Below, piece after piece: positions 1 through 7,564 of a stretch of 42,977 bases of DNA (position 1 is the stretch's first letter; each line of letters opens with the position of its first letter). The notes beneath the pieces are model-generated. The model was not told the origin of the DNA. It searched no databases and saw only the letters and a list, made by a program, of their open reading frames with translations. Position numbers and translations under genes: made by a program. Origin of the DNA: a virus (taxonomy: Duplodnaviria; Caudoviricetes); the IMG/VR virus record IMGVR_UViG_3300044499_000026, positions 1-42,977 of that record; one strand, given 5' to 3'.

Positions 1-26
1 CCTGACGGTGGATAGTCTGAGTCAGA
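1..26 (+). repeat. att-associated direct repeat, copy 1 (CCTGACGGTGGATAGTCTGAGTCAGA)
   Basis: Identical to 42853-42878; ends 98 bp upstream of the integrase start; contains the palindrome TCTGA-G-TCAGA. Confidence 0.85.
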
Positions 27-124
27 ACGGGCGATTGTAGAAGTTGAGGCATGGCTTATGGGGGATTCTATACCACCATTGAGGGGTTCCAATCGGTCAA
101 ACGCACTGTCTAGACTGGTTAGCC

Positions 125-967
125 ATGCGTACATTCATTGACCTTTATCTCCAACATCATGTTGCGCAGTTGACCGTCGCACGCGAAATGACGGGCACGA
201 TCCACCACTATTTTGGCCCGCTCCACGATATCACCTTGGCCGACCTGGCGCCGCTCCAGATCGAAGCCTGGTTCCACGGGATCGGCGCCACGTCGCCCAG
301 CATGGCGAATAAGTGTCTCTCGATTCTCCGCACGATGTTTGAGAAAGCCAAGGATTGGCGCGTCTTCATGGGCAATAACCCCGCGCAGCGTATCAAGAAA
401 TATAAGGAGACATCCCGGAAGCGGTTCATCCAACCCCACGAAATGCCCCAGCTCATGGCCGCGTTACAGCGGGAGCATGAAGAGACGCAGTGCTACTTCC
501 TCTTGTGTCTATTGGTAGGCTGTCGTCGCACGGAGGGTCTCACGCTGCGTTGGCAGGATCTGGATCTCATCACCGGACTCTGGCATAAGCTGCATACAAA
601 AACTGACCGAGCACAAACCGTGCCCGTACCGCTCGCCCTGCTTAGGCGTCTGAATGCCTTGCCGCGACGGAACGAGTTTGTCTTTGCGACGGCCAAGGGC
701 CATTGGAGTACCTCGCTGGCCTTTGAAAGGTGGCAGGTCATTCGGACCGCCGCCGGCTTGCCCGATGTCACCATCCACGATCTCCGGCGCAGCTGTGCCT
801 CGTGGATGGCCTGCAATGGCGAAAACTTGGCGATCATCGGGAACGTGTTGAACCACAGCGGGTTGGCGCATACGGCCGTGTACGCGAGACTCAATGTCTC
901 GCCAGTCAGTCGTGCGCTGGAAGCTAATAGCCGGCGCATGCTAGGATCGGCGATTAAAACCTGGTAA
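125..967 (+). CDS. int: Tyrosine recombinase / phage integrase (280 aa, no N-terminal arm-binding domain)
   Basis: Catalytic motifs GCRRTE (R), HTKT (K), HDLRRS (HxxR), LNHS (H), VYA (Y); an in-frame TGA at 80-82 rules out a long N-terminal extension. Confidence 0.95.
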   Translation: MRTFIDLYLQHHVAQLTVAREMTGTIHHYFGPLHDITLADLAPLQIEAWFHGIGATSPSMANKCLSILRTMFEKAKDWRVFMGNNPAQRIKKYKETSRKRFIQPHEMPQLMAALQREHEETQCYFLLCLLVGCRRTEGLTLRWQDLDLITGLWHKLHTKTDRAQTVPVPLALLRRLNALPRRNEFVFATAKGHWSTSLAFERWQVIRTAAGLPDVTIHDLRRSCASWMACNGENLAIIGNVLNHSGLAHTAVYARLNVSPVSRALEANSRRMLGSAIKTW

Positions 968-1031
968 CCTGGGCCGCGCTCACCCGCCATGCCGCGCGGA
1001 CGTTTCCCAACATAGTGAATGGAGGTGTCCA

Positions 1032-1418
1032 TTGACTCGATTCATCGCACTCCTCATCCCTCTACTGCTACTCAGTGCATGTGCGGAAGCCCCGCCACCG
1101 ATCTTCATGCAGGCCGAGATTGTAAAGAAAATTGTGATTGGGCAATCGACGGAGAATGACGTACAGGCCCTACTCGGACGACCCCAGCAGATCCAAACTT
1201 CTTTAGACCAGACAGGCGCTGCCACGCTCTGGGTCTATCAATACGTTCGGCGCGGGACCTACGAACTCGTGCCCGCTCTCCGTGAACAACTCAGCAAGCC
1301 CGCGCTGCATTCCATCCTCACGGTGCATTTCGATCAGGCGCATTTCGTGCAGAAAGTCGAACGGATGGATCAAGAGATCCGCACGCCAGAAGAGGGCGGT
1401 GTCCTGGTGCCGTTCTAA
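1032..1418 (+). CDS. Lipoprotein with SmpA/OmlA (BamE)-like domain; candidate lysogenic-conversion or superinfection-exclusion protein
   Basis: GGAGG RBS and TTG start; lipobox LSAC; pattern IxxGxSTxxDVxxLLGxP...WVYQY...LTVHFD typical of BamE/BLIP-like folds. Confidence 0.7.
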   Translation: MTRFIALLIPLLLLSACAEAPPPIFMQAEIVKKIVIGQSTENDVQALLGRPQQIQTSLDQTGAATLWVYQYVRRGTYELVPALREQLSKPALHSILTVHFDQAHFVQKVERMDQEIRTPEEGGVLVPF

Positions 1419-1451
1419 CTGACCCACTACCCGATTTCCACCCATGAATAG

Positions 1452-1664
1452 CTAGGCTGGCATCCTAGCGAACCACGCGGCCCACTCGGCCAGATTGTGC
1501 CGTTCCGCCTCACGACGCCAGGCCGCGTCCCTGGCCTGCTCGGCCCGGTTCTGGAGGATCGCGGCGTCAATGCGATTCCCACACTGGATACATTTCCACC
1601 ACCAGCAGGCACGTCGTCCAACGGGTTCGCGCAGCAAGAGACCATGGCAGCGCAGACAGGACAT
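1452..1664 (-). CDS. Small zinc-ribbon protein
   Basis: MSCLRCHGLL...WKCIQCGNRIDAAILQNR; two CxxC motifs. Confidence 0.75.
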   Translation of the reverse strand: MSCLRCHGLLLREPVGRRACWWWKCIQCGNRIDAAILQNRAEQARDAAWRREAERHNLAEWAAWFARMPA

Positions 1665-1685
1665 GAGTATAGGCCTACCAAAGCA

Positions 1686-1955
1686 TTAGGGTTTCGCTGG
1701 CACGGGCGGACTCACCACGTCCTTGACGGCGTTCACGTTGTCTTTGGTATCGTCCACGAGTTTCTTCCCGAGATCATACACGGCCACGCCGGCATCCAGG
1801 ACTTTCTTGATGATGGAGCCGCCATTATCGACGAGCGCGCCGCCATCAGCCCGGAGTTCGCCGATGAATCGTGGACAGCCGGTGAGCGAGAGCGCGGCGA
1901 CGGCCGATAGCACTGCACCCACCACATATCCACCACGTTTCTTTTTCTTCTTCAT
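1686..1955 (-). CDS. Small lipoprotein
   Basis: Start re-called at 1955 (AGGAG RBS); MKKKKKR, hydrophobic core and lipobox LTGC. Confidence 0.7.
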   Translation of the reverse strand: MKKKKKRGGYVVGAVLSAVAALSLTGCPRFIGELRADGGALVDNGGSIIKKVLDAGVAVYDLGKKLVDDTKDNVNAVKDVVSPPVPAKP

Positions 1956-1969
1956 GATCGTTCTCCTGG

Positions 1970-2197
1970 TTAAGGTTTCTCCCGGCACATTTCCAGCGCA
2001 GCCCGGAGTCGAATCACTTCATTGAAGAGATTTGAATGCTCCTTGACAAACGCCTTGCTCACTGACACGCAATCCGCCTCGCACTGCACCGTCGCATCAG
2101 ACGACGGAACACTAAGGTCCGGTTTGCTGGTACAGCTCACGATACTGCCCAAAGAGAGCATCGCAAGCAGGCCAATCATTTTTGGCAATCGCGTCAT
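1970..2197 (-). CDS. Lipoprotein, candidate o-spanin (Rz1-like)
   Basis: Lipobox-like IVSC after a hydrophobic segment; starts inside the upstream ORF in another frame, as in overlapped spanin pairs; end of lysis region. Confidence 0.5.
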   Translation of the reverse strand: MTRLPKMIGLLAMLSLGSIVSCTSKPDLSVPSSDATVQCEADCVSVSKAFVKEHSNLFNEVIRLRAALEMCREKP

Positions 2198-2321
2198 TGA
2201 TCCCTCGTCCAATTAACTTCAGTTTGTTTTCTCGCGTGAGTTCCTGGTAGCCGTTTTCATCGACGGCAAAGCCGAAGACTTTCGTGAGCAAGGTGGCGAC
2301 CGCAGAGACAGGATCGGGCAT
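2112..2321 (-). CDS. Hypothetical lysis-region protein (possible i-spanin partner)
   Basis: GAGG RBS; weakly hydrophobic N-terminus; overlaps the downstream lipoprotein gene. Confidence 0.45.
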   Translation of the reverse strand: MPDPVSAVATLLTKVFGFAVDENGYQELTRENKLKLIGRGINDAIAKNDWPACDALFGQYRELYQQTGP

Positions 2322-2337
2322 CGGTGTTTTATCCTCT

Positions 2338-2586
2338 CTAGGAAGAGTGCGGATCTCGGTACGGGACTTTCTCGGCCAACGTCCCGATCTTCTCCTCGAT
2401 CTTGTTGAGCCGATCCTTCAACCCCAACATCCCCTCCATGGCAGCCTTCATCCAATCTCCAATCCCATCCATACGTTTCAGTTCTACGGTTATGGAATCC
2501 AGCACCCGCAACAAAATGACGGGATCGAGCTGCTCACTCTCCGCGTGCTTGCCTTTCAAGGCGGTGATTTGTTCAGCGAGCGTCAT
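2338..2586 (-). CDS. Hypothetical coiled-coil protein
   Basis: AAGGAG RBS; helical heptad character; fits the operon spacing. Confidence 0.6.
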   Translation of the reverse strand: MTLAEQITALKGKHAESEQLDPVILLRVLDSITVELKRMDGIGDWMKAAMEGMLGLKDRLNKIEEKIGTLAEKVPYRDPHSS

Positions 2587-2618
2587 GATGGATCTCCTTT
2601 ATTCCGATACGCCGGGCG

Positions 2619-2852
2619 TTAGGACGTCGGGGGTACGTCATGCGCGGGCGCGTTGGTCCCACTGTTCGACACTTTGGCGTCCTTCGCTAGAAGATTCCCG
2701 ATGCCTCCGAGTACCAACCCACCGAACAGGAAGTATTCCGGGAGCGTGTTAGGCATCCCCTGCGTCATCAGGATATCCCCGATGAACCCAGTCACACCCG
2801 ATGCAATGGCTATATATCCGACCAATGATGTTCTCCATGATGCACCCATCAC
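2619..2852 (-). CDS. Putative holin (two transmembrane segments)
   Basis: SWRTSLVG N-terminus, two hydrophobic helices, C-terminal AKD motif; GGAGG RBS. Confidence 0.6.
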   Translation of the reverse strand: MMGASWRTSLVGYIAIASGVTGFIGDILMTQGMPNTLPEYFLFGGLVLGGIGNLLAKDAKVSNSGTNAPAHDVPPTS

Positions 2853-2869
2853 AAACCTCCCTTGGTTAA

Positions 2870-3262
2870 CTACTTCTCCGGCCCCTTCCGCTCGTAGTAC
2901 CCGCTGTTCGGACGGCCCATACTGCTGTAGTTCTGCGAGATCGAGTCCAGTTCACGGTCCAGCCTCGACAGTTCGCTCTTCAGTTTGTGATATTCTTCCT
3001 GCACGGTCTCAGGCGCTTTCCGCAGGTCAGGATACCTGGCCTCGATTATCCACAGACGTTGCTCTAAGGCAGCGTAGCGATCCGTCAGTATAGATTGTTC
3101 TAAGCGTTGTCCAATTAATAAAACATCTCCCCTCACTTCCGCCATCTCTGGGTCCGGGGCATGCACATAGCGCCCATCGACGAAGGTCGCGCCGCCGTAG
3201 AGCGCCCCAATCGCCGCGGCCGCCGAGGTGATATAGCCGCCGAGTTTAATCAGGTTTTCCAT
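2870..3262 (-). CDS. Membrane-anchored coiled-coil protein
   Basis: Start re-called at 3262, coupled to the upstream stop; N-terminal hydrophobic segment followed by a coiled coil. Confidence 0.6.
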   Translation of the reverse strand: MENLIKLGGYITSAAAAIGALYGGATFVDGRYVHAPDPEMAEVRGDVLLIGQRLEQSILTDRYAALEQRLWIIEARYPDLRKAPETVQEEYHKLKSELSRLDRELDSISQNYSSMGRPNSGYYERKGPEK

Positions 3263-3453
3263 TACACCGCCAGTTTCAGACAGCGTGGACAGCGGCATTC
3301 CAACCGAAAATCCATGCTCCACGGGTACGCTTCTGCCATATCAAAGCCGATGCGATTGCGTTCAAGCTGGCATGCCTGTTGCGTCGCATAATGCTCCAAC
3401 TCCTGGATGGTATTTATCGGCGGTCCAATGAAAATTATTAAAAGCAACCACAT
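3262..3453 (-). CDS. Small protein with hydrophobic N-terminus and Cys motifs
   Basis: MWLLLIIFIG...YATQQAC...LECRCPRC; start re-called at 3453. Confidence 0.5.
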   Translation of the reverse strand: MWLLLIIFIGPPINTIQELEHYATQQACQLERNRIGFDMAEAYPWSMDFRLECRCPRCLKLAV

Positions 3454-3457
3454 CAGC

Positions 3458-3730
3458 CTAGCTCCGTGGCGGATCGAGCTTCTCCCAGACCCGCTGCAAG
3501 TTGTCCCGGATGTGTGTGAACTCCTGGTCGTCATGGGTTTGGTGGAGTTCCATCCACGTCTCGCTTTTCCCCAGCCGCCCGTTGATCGTCGCCAGGTGCG
3601 TGGTGATGTCGCCTAACGCCTTCAAGGTTTGATCGTTCGTGGAGACCAAGCGCAGTACGCCCCACCAGACGACCACGCCGACACCCACGACCGAGAGCAA
3701 CACCAGGCCTTCGAGTAACGTGGGACTCAT
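3458..3730 (-). CDS. Single-TM coiled-coil protein (holin-like or accessory lysis protein)
   Basis: One long hydrophobic helix followed by a coiled coil; ATGA overlap with the upstream gene. Confidence 0.6.
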   Translation of the reverse strand: MSPTLLEGLVLLSVVGVGVVVWWGVLRLVSTNDQTLKALGDITTHLATINGRLGKSETWMELHQTHDDQEFTHIRDNLQRVWEKLDPPRS

Positions 3731-4485
3731 ACCGGCACCGCCTCAACGATGTGATTAAACTGTACATACCATCGTTTCCTCGCCTCACTCATTTTTCTGC
3801 GTGACTCATCTGATACTGGATGACCCATATGTGATGCACGCATTTTCTGACGTGTTTCCAGGGTGTGTTTCCGTCCCTTCATAGCAGAAACATATGTGGC
3901 CATTCGCTCGACAGAGAACTTCCTACCCTTTTGTACCGCACTTAACTTTGCTCGATGCTCAGGTGACAACGGCTTCCCTCGAAAGGCGACCCCGATGTTT
4001 GTTCGATGCCCAGGCGTGAGCTTCTTCCCAAGATTCGCCGCACGAAGTTTGGCGCGACATTCTTGAGAGATCACACGGCCTCTCCCAGCCTCGCTTATTT
4101 TGGCTCGCGTAGCAGCAGAGAAGATCCTTCCCTTCAGGGATGCACTGAATTTAGCGACGGCTTCAGCAGTCGGCTTATACCTGAATCCTGTGCGAGAATC
4201 GGCGCTCTTTGTGAGATTGAAGAGAGGAAGCTCGTTCTCGTGGTACGCATCAATGAATGCCTGTTCTTTCACGGTGAGGCTAGTCTCTTCACATTCGACC
4301 AACGGCTCAAAGATAAAGGCTACGTCACCATGCTTATTCCAAGAGGCTTGAAGATGCCTGTTTATATGATCGTTACGTTGAAGTGACCGCCGATGCCCGC
4401 GCAATCTGTGCTCAACGGTCACCGATGAACCAATGTACGTTCTGTTGGTTACGGTGTTCACGATTCTATAAATCCCTAAACTCAT
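3727..4485 (-). CDS. GIY-YIG homing endonuclease with NUMOD3-type repeats
   Basis: GIYRIVN...YIGSS motif followed by repeated KxSxExRxKxSxA units. Confidence 0.92.
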   Translation of the reverse strand: MSLGIYRIVNTVTNRTYIGSSVTVEHRLRGHRRSLQRNDHINRHLQASWNKHGDVAFIFEPLVECEETSLTVKEQAFIDAYHENELPLFNLTKSADSRTGFRYKPTAEAVAKFSASLKGRIFSAATRAKISEAGRGRVISQECRAKLRAANLGKKLTPGHRTNIGVAFRGKPLSPEHRAKLSAVQKGRKFSVERMATYVSAMKGRKHTLETRQKMRASHMGHPVSDESRRKMSEARKRWYVQFNHIVEAVPV

Positions 4486-5000
4486 ATGCTGACAGGCTCC
4501 ACTGTATGAGCAAATTGCGCGTGGATAATTCTCAAAGAACCTTCCCTGGTCAAGATCAGTTGCAATCCCAATTCGACCGGCAAGGTCTCAATCGTGTGCT
4601 GAATGCGCAGGACCGCCTGCTCGTCGATCTGTCCACTTTCAAAGCGTGGGCACTGGATGTCAAAGGCGTCCCCGCGACAATGCGGAAACTGCGCGAGCTG
4701 GCCGGCTTGCTGCGCGATCAAGGTATCGTAGAACCCTAGGGCCATGAGCTTCTCTGAGGATGTTCTCTCTGGATTCCGTGCCATCCATATCTTCAACTGC
4801 TGCACCATCTCCTGATTTCTATAGGTCTGGCCCAGCCAGTCCACCCCATAGCGGATCGTGTTCACCGCCATCGCCCGCGCCTGCCCCATCGCATCACGCC
4901 GTCCGGACGTAAAGATCACGTCAGGATGCTCGGCCAGGACCAGTTCGGCGGCCCGCCGAGCATTGGGGGAGAGGTGCATCTCATCGACGGTCAGCCCCAT
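4482..5000 (-). CDS. Putative endolysin, peptidase M15-like (LAS) zinc metallopeptidase
   Basis: TSGRR..Q motif, HxxGxAxD (HCRGDAFD) and distal His (IIHAQF); start re-called at 5000 (GGAG RBS); first gene after the tail module. Confidence 0.65.
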   Translation of the reverse strand: MGLTVDEMHLSPNARRAAELVLAEHPDVIFTSGRRDAMGQARAMAVNTIRYGVDWLGQTYRNQEMVQQLKIWMARNPERTSSEKLMALGFYDTLIAQQAGQLAQFPHCRGDAFDIQCPRFESGQIDEQAVLRIQHTIETLPVELGLQLILTREGSLRIIHAQFAHTVEPVSI

Positions 5001-5069
5001 GGTGTCTCTTTCTCCAACTTCTTTCGGCACCGTGGCAATAACGGGACCAGGGCATGGCACATCCTCACC

Positions 5070-5444
5070 TCACGGCAACGCATCCCATTTCTGCTTGAAC
5101 AACGTCTTCATCTGCAGCACCGTGAGATTCCCGACCTGCGCAATGCACAGGGCCAGGGCCTTCATACGCTTATCAAGCTGGTCGAGGTCCGACTGATCGA
5201 TCGGCGGATCAGGCAGAGGTGGAGGCGGAGGCGCTGCGGCCACCCACCGATCTAACAGAAATTGATATGGGGCGAAATCGGCAAGCGCCACGTTCTCTCG
5301 CCGTGGCTTGCCGTATTCGACATCCCCGTCCGCGCCGTCCCATTGAATGGCGTGGATGCCAGGCTCAAGATCTGACACATCAACCGTGCGTGCCTCGCCG
5401 TCCACGATCACCTTAGCATCATCCACCACCACGCTAATCCGCAT
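5070..5444 (-). CDS. Tail-fibre-associated / assembly protein
   Basis: IHAIQWDGxxGxVEY motif typical of small genes that follow phage fibre genes. Confidence 0.6.
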   Translation of the reverse strand: MRISVVVDDAKVIVDGEARTVDVSDLEPGIHAIQWDGADGDVEYGKPRRENVALADFAPYQFLLDRWVAAAPPPPPLPDPPIDQSDLDQLDKRMKALALCIAQVGNLTVLQMKTLFKQKWDALP

Positions 5445-5742
5445 GAAATCCTCCTGCGTCCACAGGCGTACACAGTAACTCAGGAGCGGTAAAGTCGGTC
5501 TGTGCAGTAACGCGGGCTGCGACGACGCGGTTGCGCAACGACTCGACCGCCGCGGCCCCTTGGCGCACTTCCTTGGCGTTCTCGATCAGCAAGATCGGGA
5601 GCCACCGCACCGCGCAGTCGTACTCGTCGATCTCCTGCCCGGTCTGCGGGTGCGTGCCGCGCAGCTGCGTCCAAAAGAGGCAGTCGAATTGTTTACAGGT
5701 GCCTTGGATGAGCGGGCAGAATGTGGGTTGCGGGCGTTGCAT
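5434..5742 (-). CDS. Conserved Cys-rich phage protein adjacent to the tail fibre
   Basis: CPLIxxxCxxxxCxFWxQLRGxxPQTGxxIDEYDCAxxWLPILLIEN pattern. Confidence 0.7.
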   Translation of the reverse strand: MQRPQPTFCPLIQGTCKQFDCLFWTQLRGTHPQTGQEIDEYDCAVRWLPILLIENAKEVRQGAAAVESLRNRVVAARVTAQTDFTAPELLCTPVDAGGFHAD

Positions 5743-5743
5743 C

Positions 5744-6451
5744 TTAATCCTTCGTGGCTAGAATGATGTCTACGTACTGTAAGTCTATCGTAAAATTATG
5801 CGTATGCCCGCCGCCACCGCCGGCGGAATCCGTAGTGCCGGAATCAACAGGCGCTGATTGGAATGCCCCACTCCCAACAAAGCCACCGGCGGTAGCGGTG
5901 AAATGATTTTGTACGTGCATGTGCGCAGGCATTTCCGCAGTTGTCAACGTGTGGGAAGCTGTCGTAAGGCCGGCCCCGAACACGCTGGTGAACGCCGTGG
6001 CCCCACCAGACCCCACCGCCCCGCTCACGACCCGCAAGGCCTTATCGTTGTGCGTCGCGTTCTTCGTCCACCCGATCGGGGCGGTGGTCTGCTGAAAGAG
6101 CGCAATCGTCCCAGGCTCACCCGTCAAGAGATCATCGTGCATGGCCTTGGTCCACGCCAGCACCATGAGGTAGGTCTTGCCCGCCGTGTTCTTTGTCGTG
6201 GCGCTCGTCCCTTCCTGCGCCCGCGTGATGGTCAGGGTATCCGTGGCGCGCGCCGTGCAGCTCACGATCTCCACCAGCGGGTCATCGGATGGGTCACTGT
6301 AGTCCGTGCTGTTCCACCAGACCAAGGGGAACGGGAACGTGGATGGGAGCTTCGCCCCCGAGCCGGACACGAGCACGATCGAGGTGGCGGCGGCATCGTA
6401 GCCCTGGTTGACTTGAACCTTGCCGAAATTCGTGACGGGTTTCCGTGCCAT
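5744..6451 (-). CDS. Short tail fibre protein with collar-like domain
   Basis: EIVSCTAR...LTITRAQEGT anchor region; FQQTTAPIGW and HTLTTAEMPAHxH...HTH fibre motifs; no signal peptide. Confidence 0.8.
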   Translation of the reverse strand: MARKPVTNFGKVQVNQGYDAAATSIVLVSGSGAKLPSTFPFPLVWWNSTDYSDPSDDPLVEIVSCTARATDTLTITRAQEGTSATTKNTAGKTYLMVLAWTKAMHDDLLTGEPGTIALFQQTTAPIGWTKNATHNDKALRVVSGAVGSGGATAFTSVFGAGLTTASHTLTTAEMPAHMHVQNHFTATAGGFVGSGAFQSAPVDSGTTDSAGGGGGHTHNFTIDLQYVDIILATKD

Positions 6452-7564
6452 CTAGAAGTGACTCCGTTCTGGCGTGCTCTTCATCAGCGTTTTCCAAAAA
6501 TTGACCCACGGGACACGCACCTCGCCGGAGTTGGCCTTAACGCGGTAGCGATACTTGGGACCAGTCGTATACAGCGCGTCCCAATCCACTTCCGTCACGA
6601 GAAAGGTCCCAATCACGGCCAAATCGGGGAAGGTGAGGGTGATGCGCTGCCCAGGGCGCAAACCATCGCGGTCGGTCTCGAAACTGACCTCCGTGTCCAG
6701 CTGGGCATATCGATTCAAAAGGCCATCACCTTTCGCGATGGCTTGTGCCGTGGTGGCTGCAGCATCGTCGGACTCGAATCGTTCATAGCGCCCGCTGCCA
6801 CCCTCCACCCCTTGGCGCTCCGTAATGGCTGCCGTATCCGTGCGCGTTTCCAGAATGCCAGTCGCCCCACGAATGATTTGCACGTTCCGGTATTGATCAC
6901 GCGACCGGCGGGCCCGCACGGTTCGGACCGTGCTATTAGTATTGGATGGATGAAACGGAGCGGTGGATAATTCATTGGGATGAAAATCCAGAACCTTATA
7001 CGGCGAGATGCTCCAGATGTGCCCTGAAATATCACTCAGGTCATCCAGCACTTGGGCCACGCTCTTATCCACAATGTCATAGGTGGTGAGGGTGGGGCCA
7101 GCGGTAGCGGACACGGAAATCGCGTCAGCGGCCAGATAGGTTGCCACTAAATCGCTCACGATGGCCCCCGCGGTTTGGCCGGAATAGCTTCGCGAGGTAA
7201 TAAAGAATCGTTGAGGGATGAGATTGTAGTCCAAACAATCTGTGTCGATCTCGTCCCACTCCTCATCGCGCTCCAGCAGTTGACGCTCTTGCATCTGATC
7301 CACCGTCCCCGCAAACCGCTTAATTGATCCAAGAAACAACTGAATCGTCTGCCCGACACTCGGGCGCCAAGACGAAGGCCGCTTGATTAAAAATGCGAGC
7401 GCAGCTGTCGTGCGCCCATTCAGCACCTCACTCAACCGGACCGCACCCGCCGCGATGCGTGCGGTCACGTTCTCGCCGTTGACGGTCACAATCATGGCCG
7501 TCGTGATCACGCCGGCCACCCCCGATGCCAACTGCCGTGAGCCGAAACTAAACGCGCCAAACAT
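6452..7564 (-). CDS. Tail-tip hub protein (Tal/gp27-like)
   Basis: Directly after the tape measure; motifs AGAIVSDLV, VLDDLSD..WSI, LRPGQRITL...FLVTEV. Confidence 0.75.
   Translation of the reverse strand: MFGAFSFGSRQLASGVAGVITTAMIVTVNGENVTARIAAGAVRLSEVLNGRTTAALAFLIKRPSSWRPSVGQTIQLFLGSIKRFAGTVDQMQERQLLERDEEWDEIDTDCLDYNLIPQRFFITSRSYSGQTAGAIVSDLVATYLAADAISVSATAGPTLTTYDIVDKSVAQVLDDLSDISGHIWSISPYKVLDFHPNELSTAPFHPSNTNSTVRTVRARRSRDQYRNVQIIRGATGILETRTDTAAITERQGVEGGSGRYERFESDDAAATTAQAIAKGDGLLNRYAQLDTEVSFETDRDGLRPGQRITLTFPDLAVIGTFLVTEVDWDALYTTGPKYRYRVKANSGEVRVPWVNFWKTLMKSTPERSHF

Noticed and set aside
1-26. 26-bp repeat as physical direct terminal repeats of the virion DNA
   Set aside because: It adjoins the integrase and host-like DNA, while the gpA-type terminase and cos-like site point to cohesive ends near 27.4 kb. 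Its exact length could partly reflect assembly overlap.
51-113. 20-aa ORF upstream of int (MAYGGFYTTIEGFQSVKRTV) as a leader peptide
   Set aside because: The GAGG is only 1 nt from the ATG, no attenuator structure is evident, and an ORF this short is expected by chance.
5858-6970. Long plus-strand ORFs (also 23050-23901, 25513-26484, 34920-35984, 36160-37002, 41407-42279)
   Set aside because: They are antisense shadows of well-supported minus-strand genes in GC-rich DNA, with no recognisable motifs.
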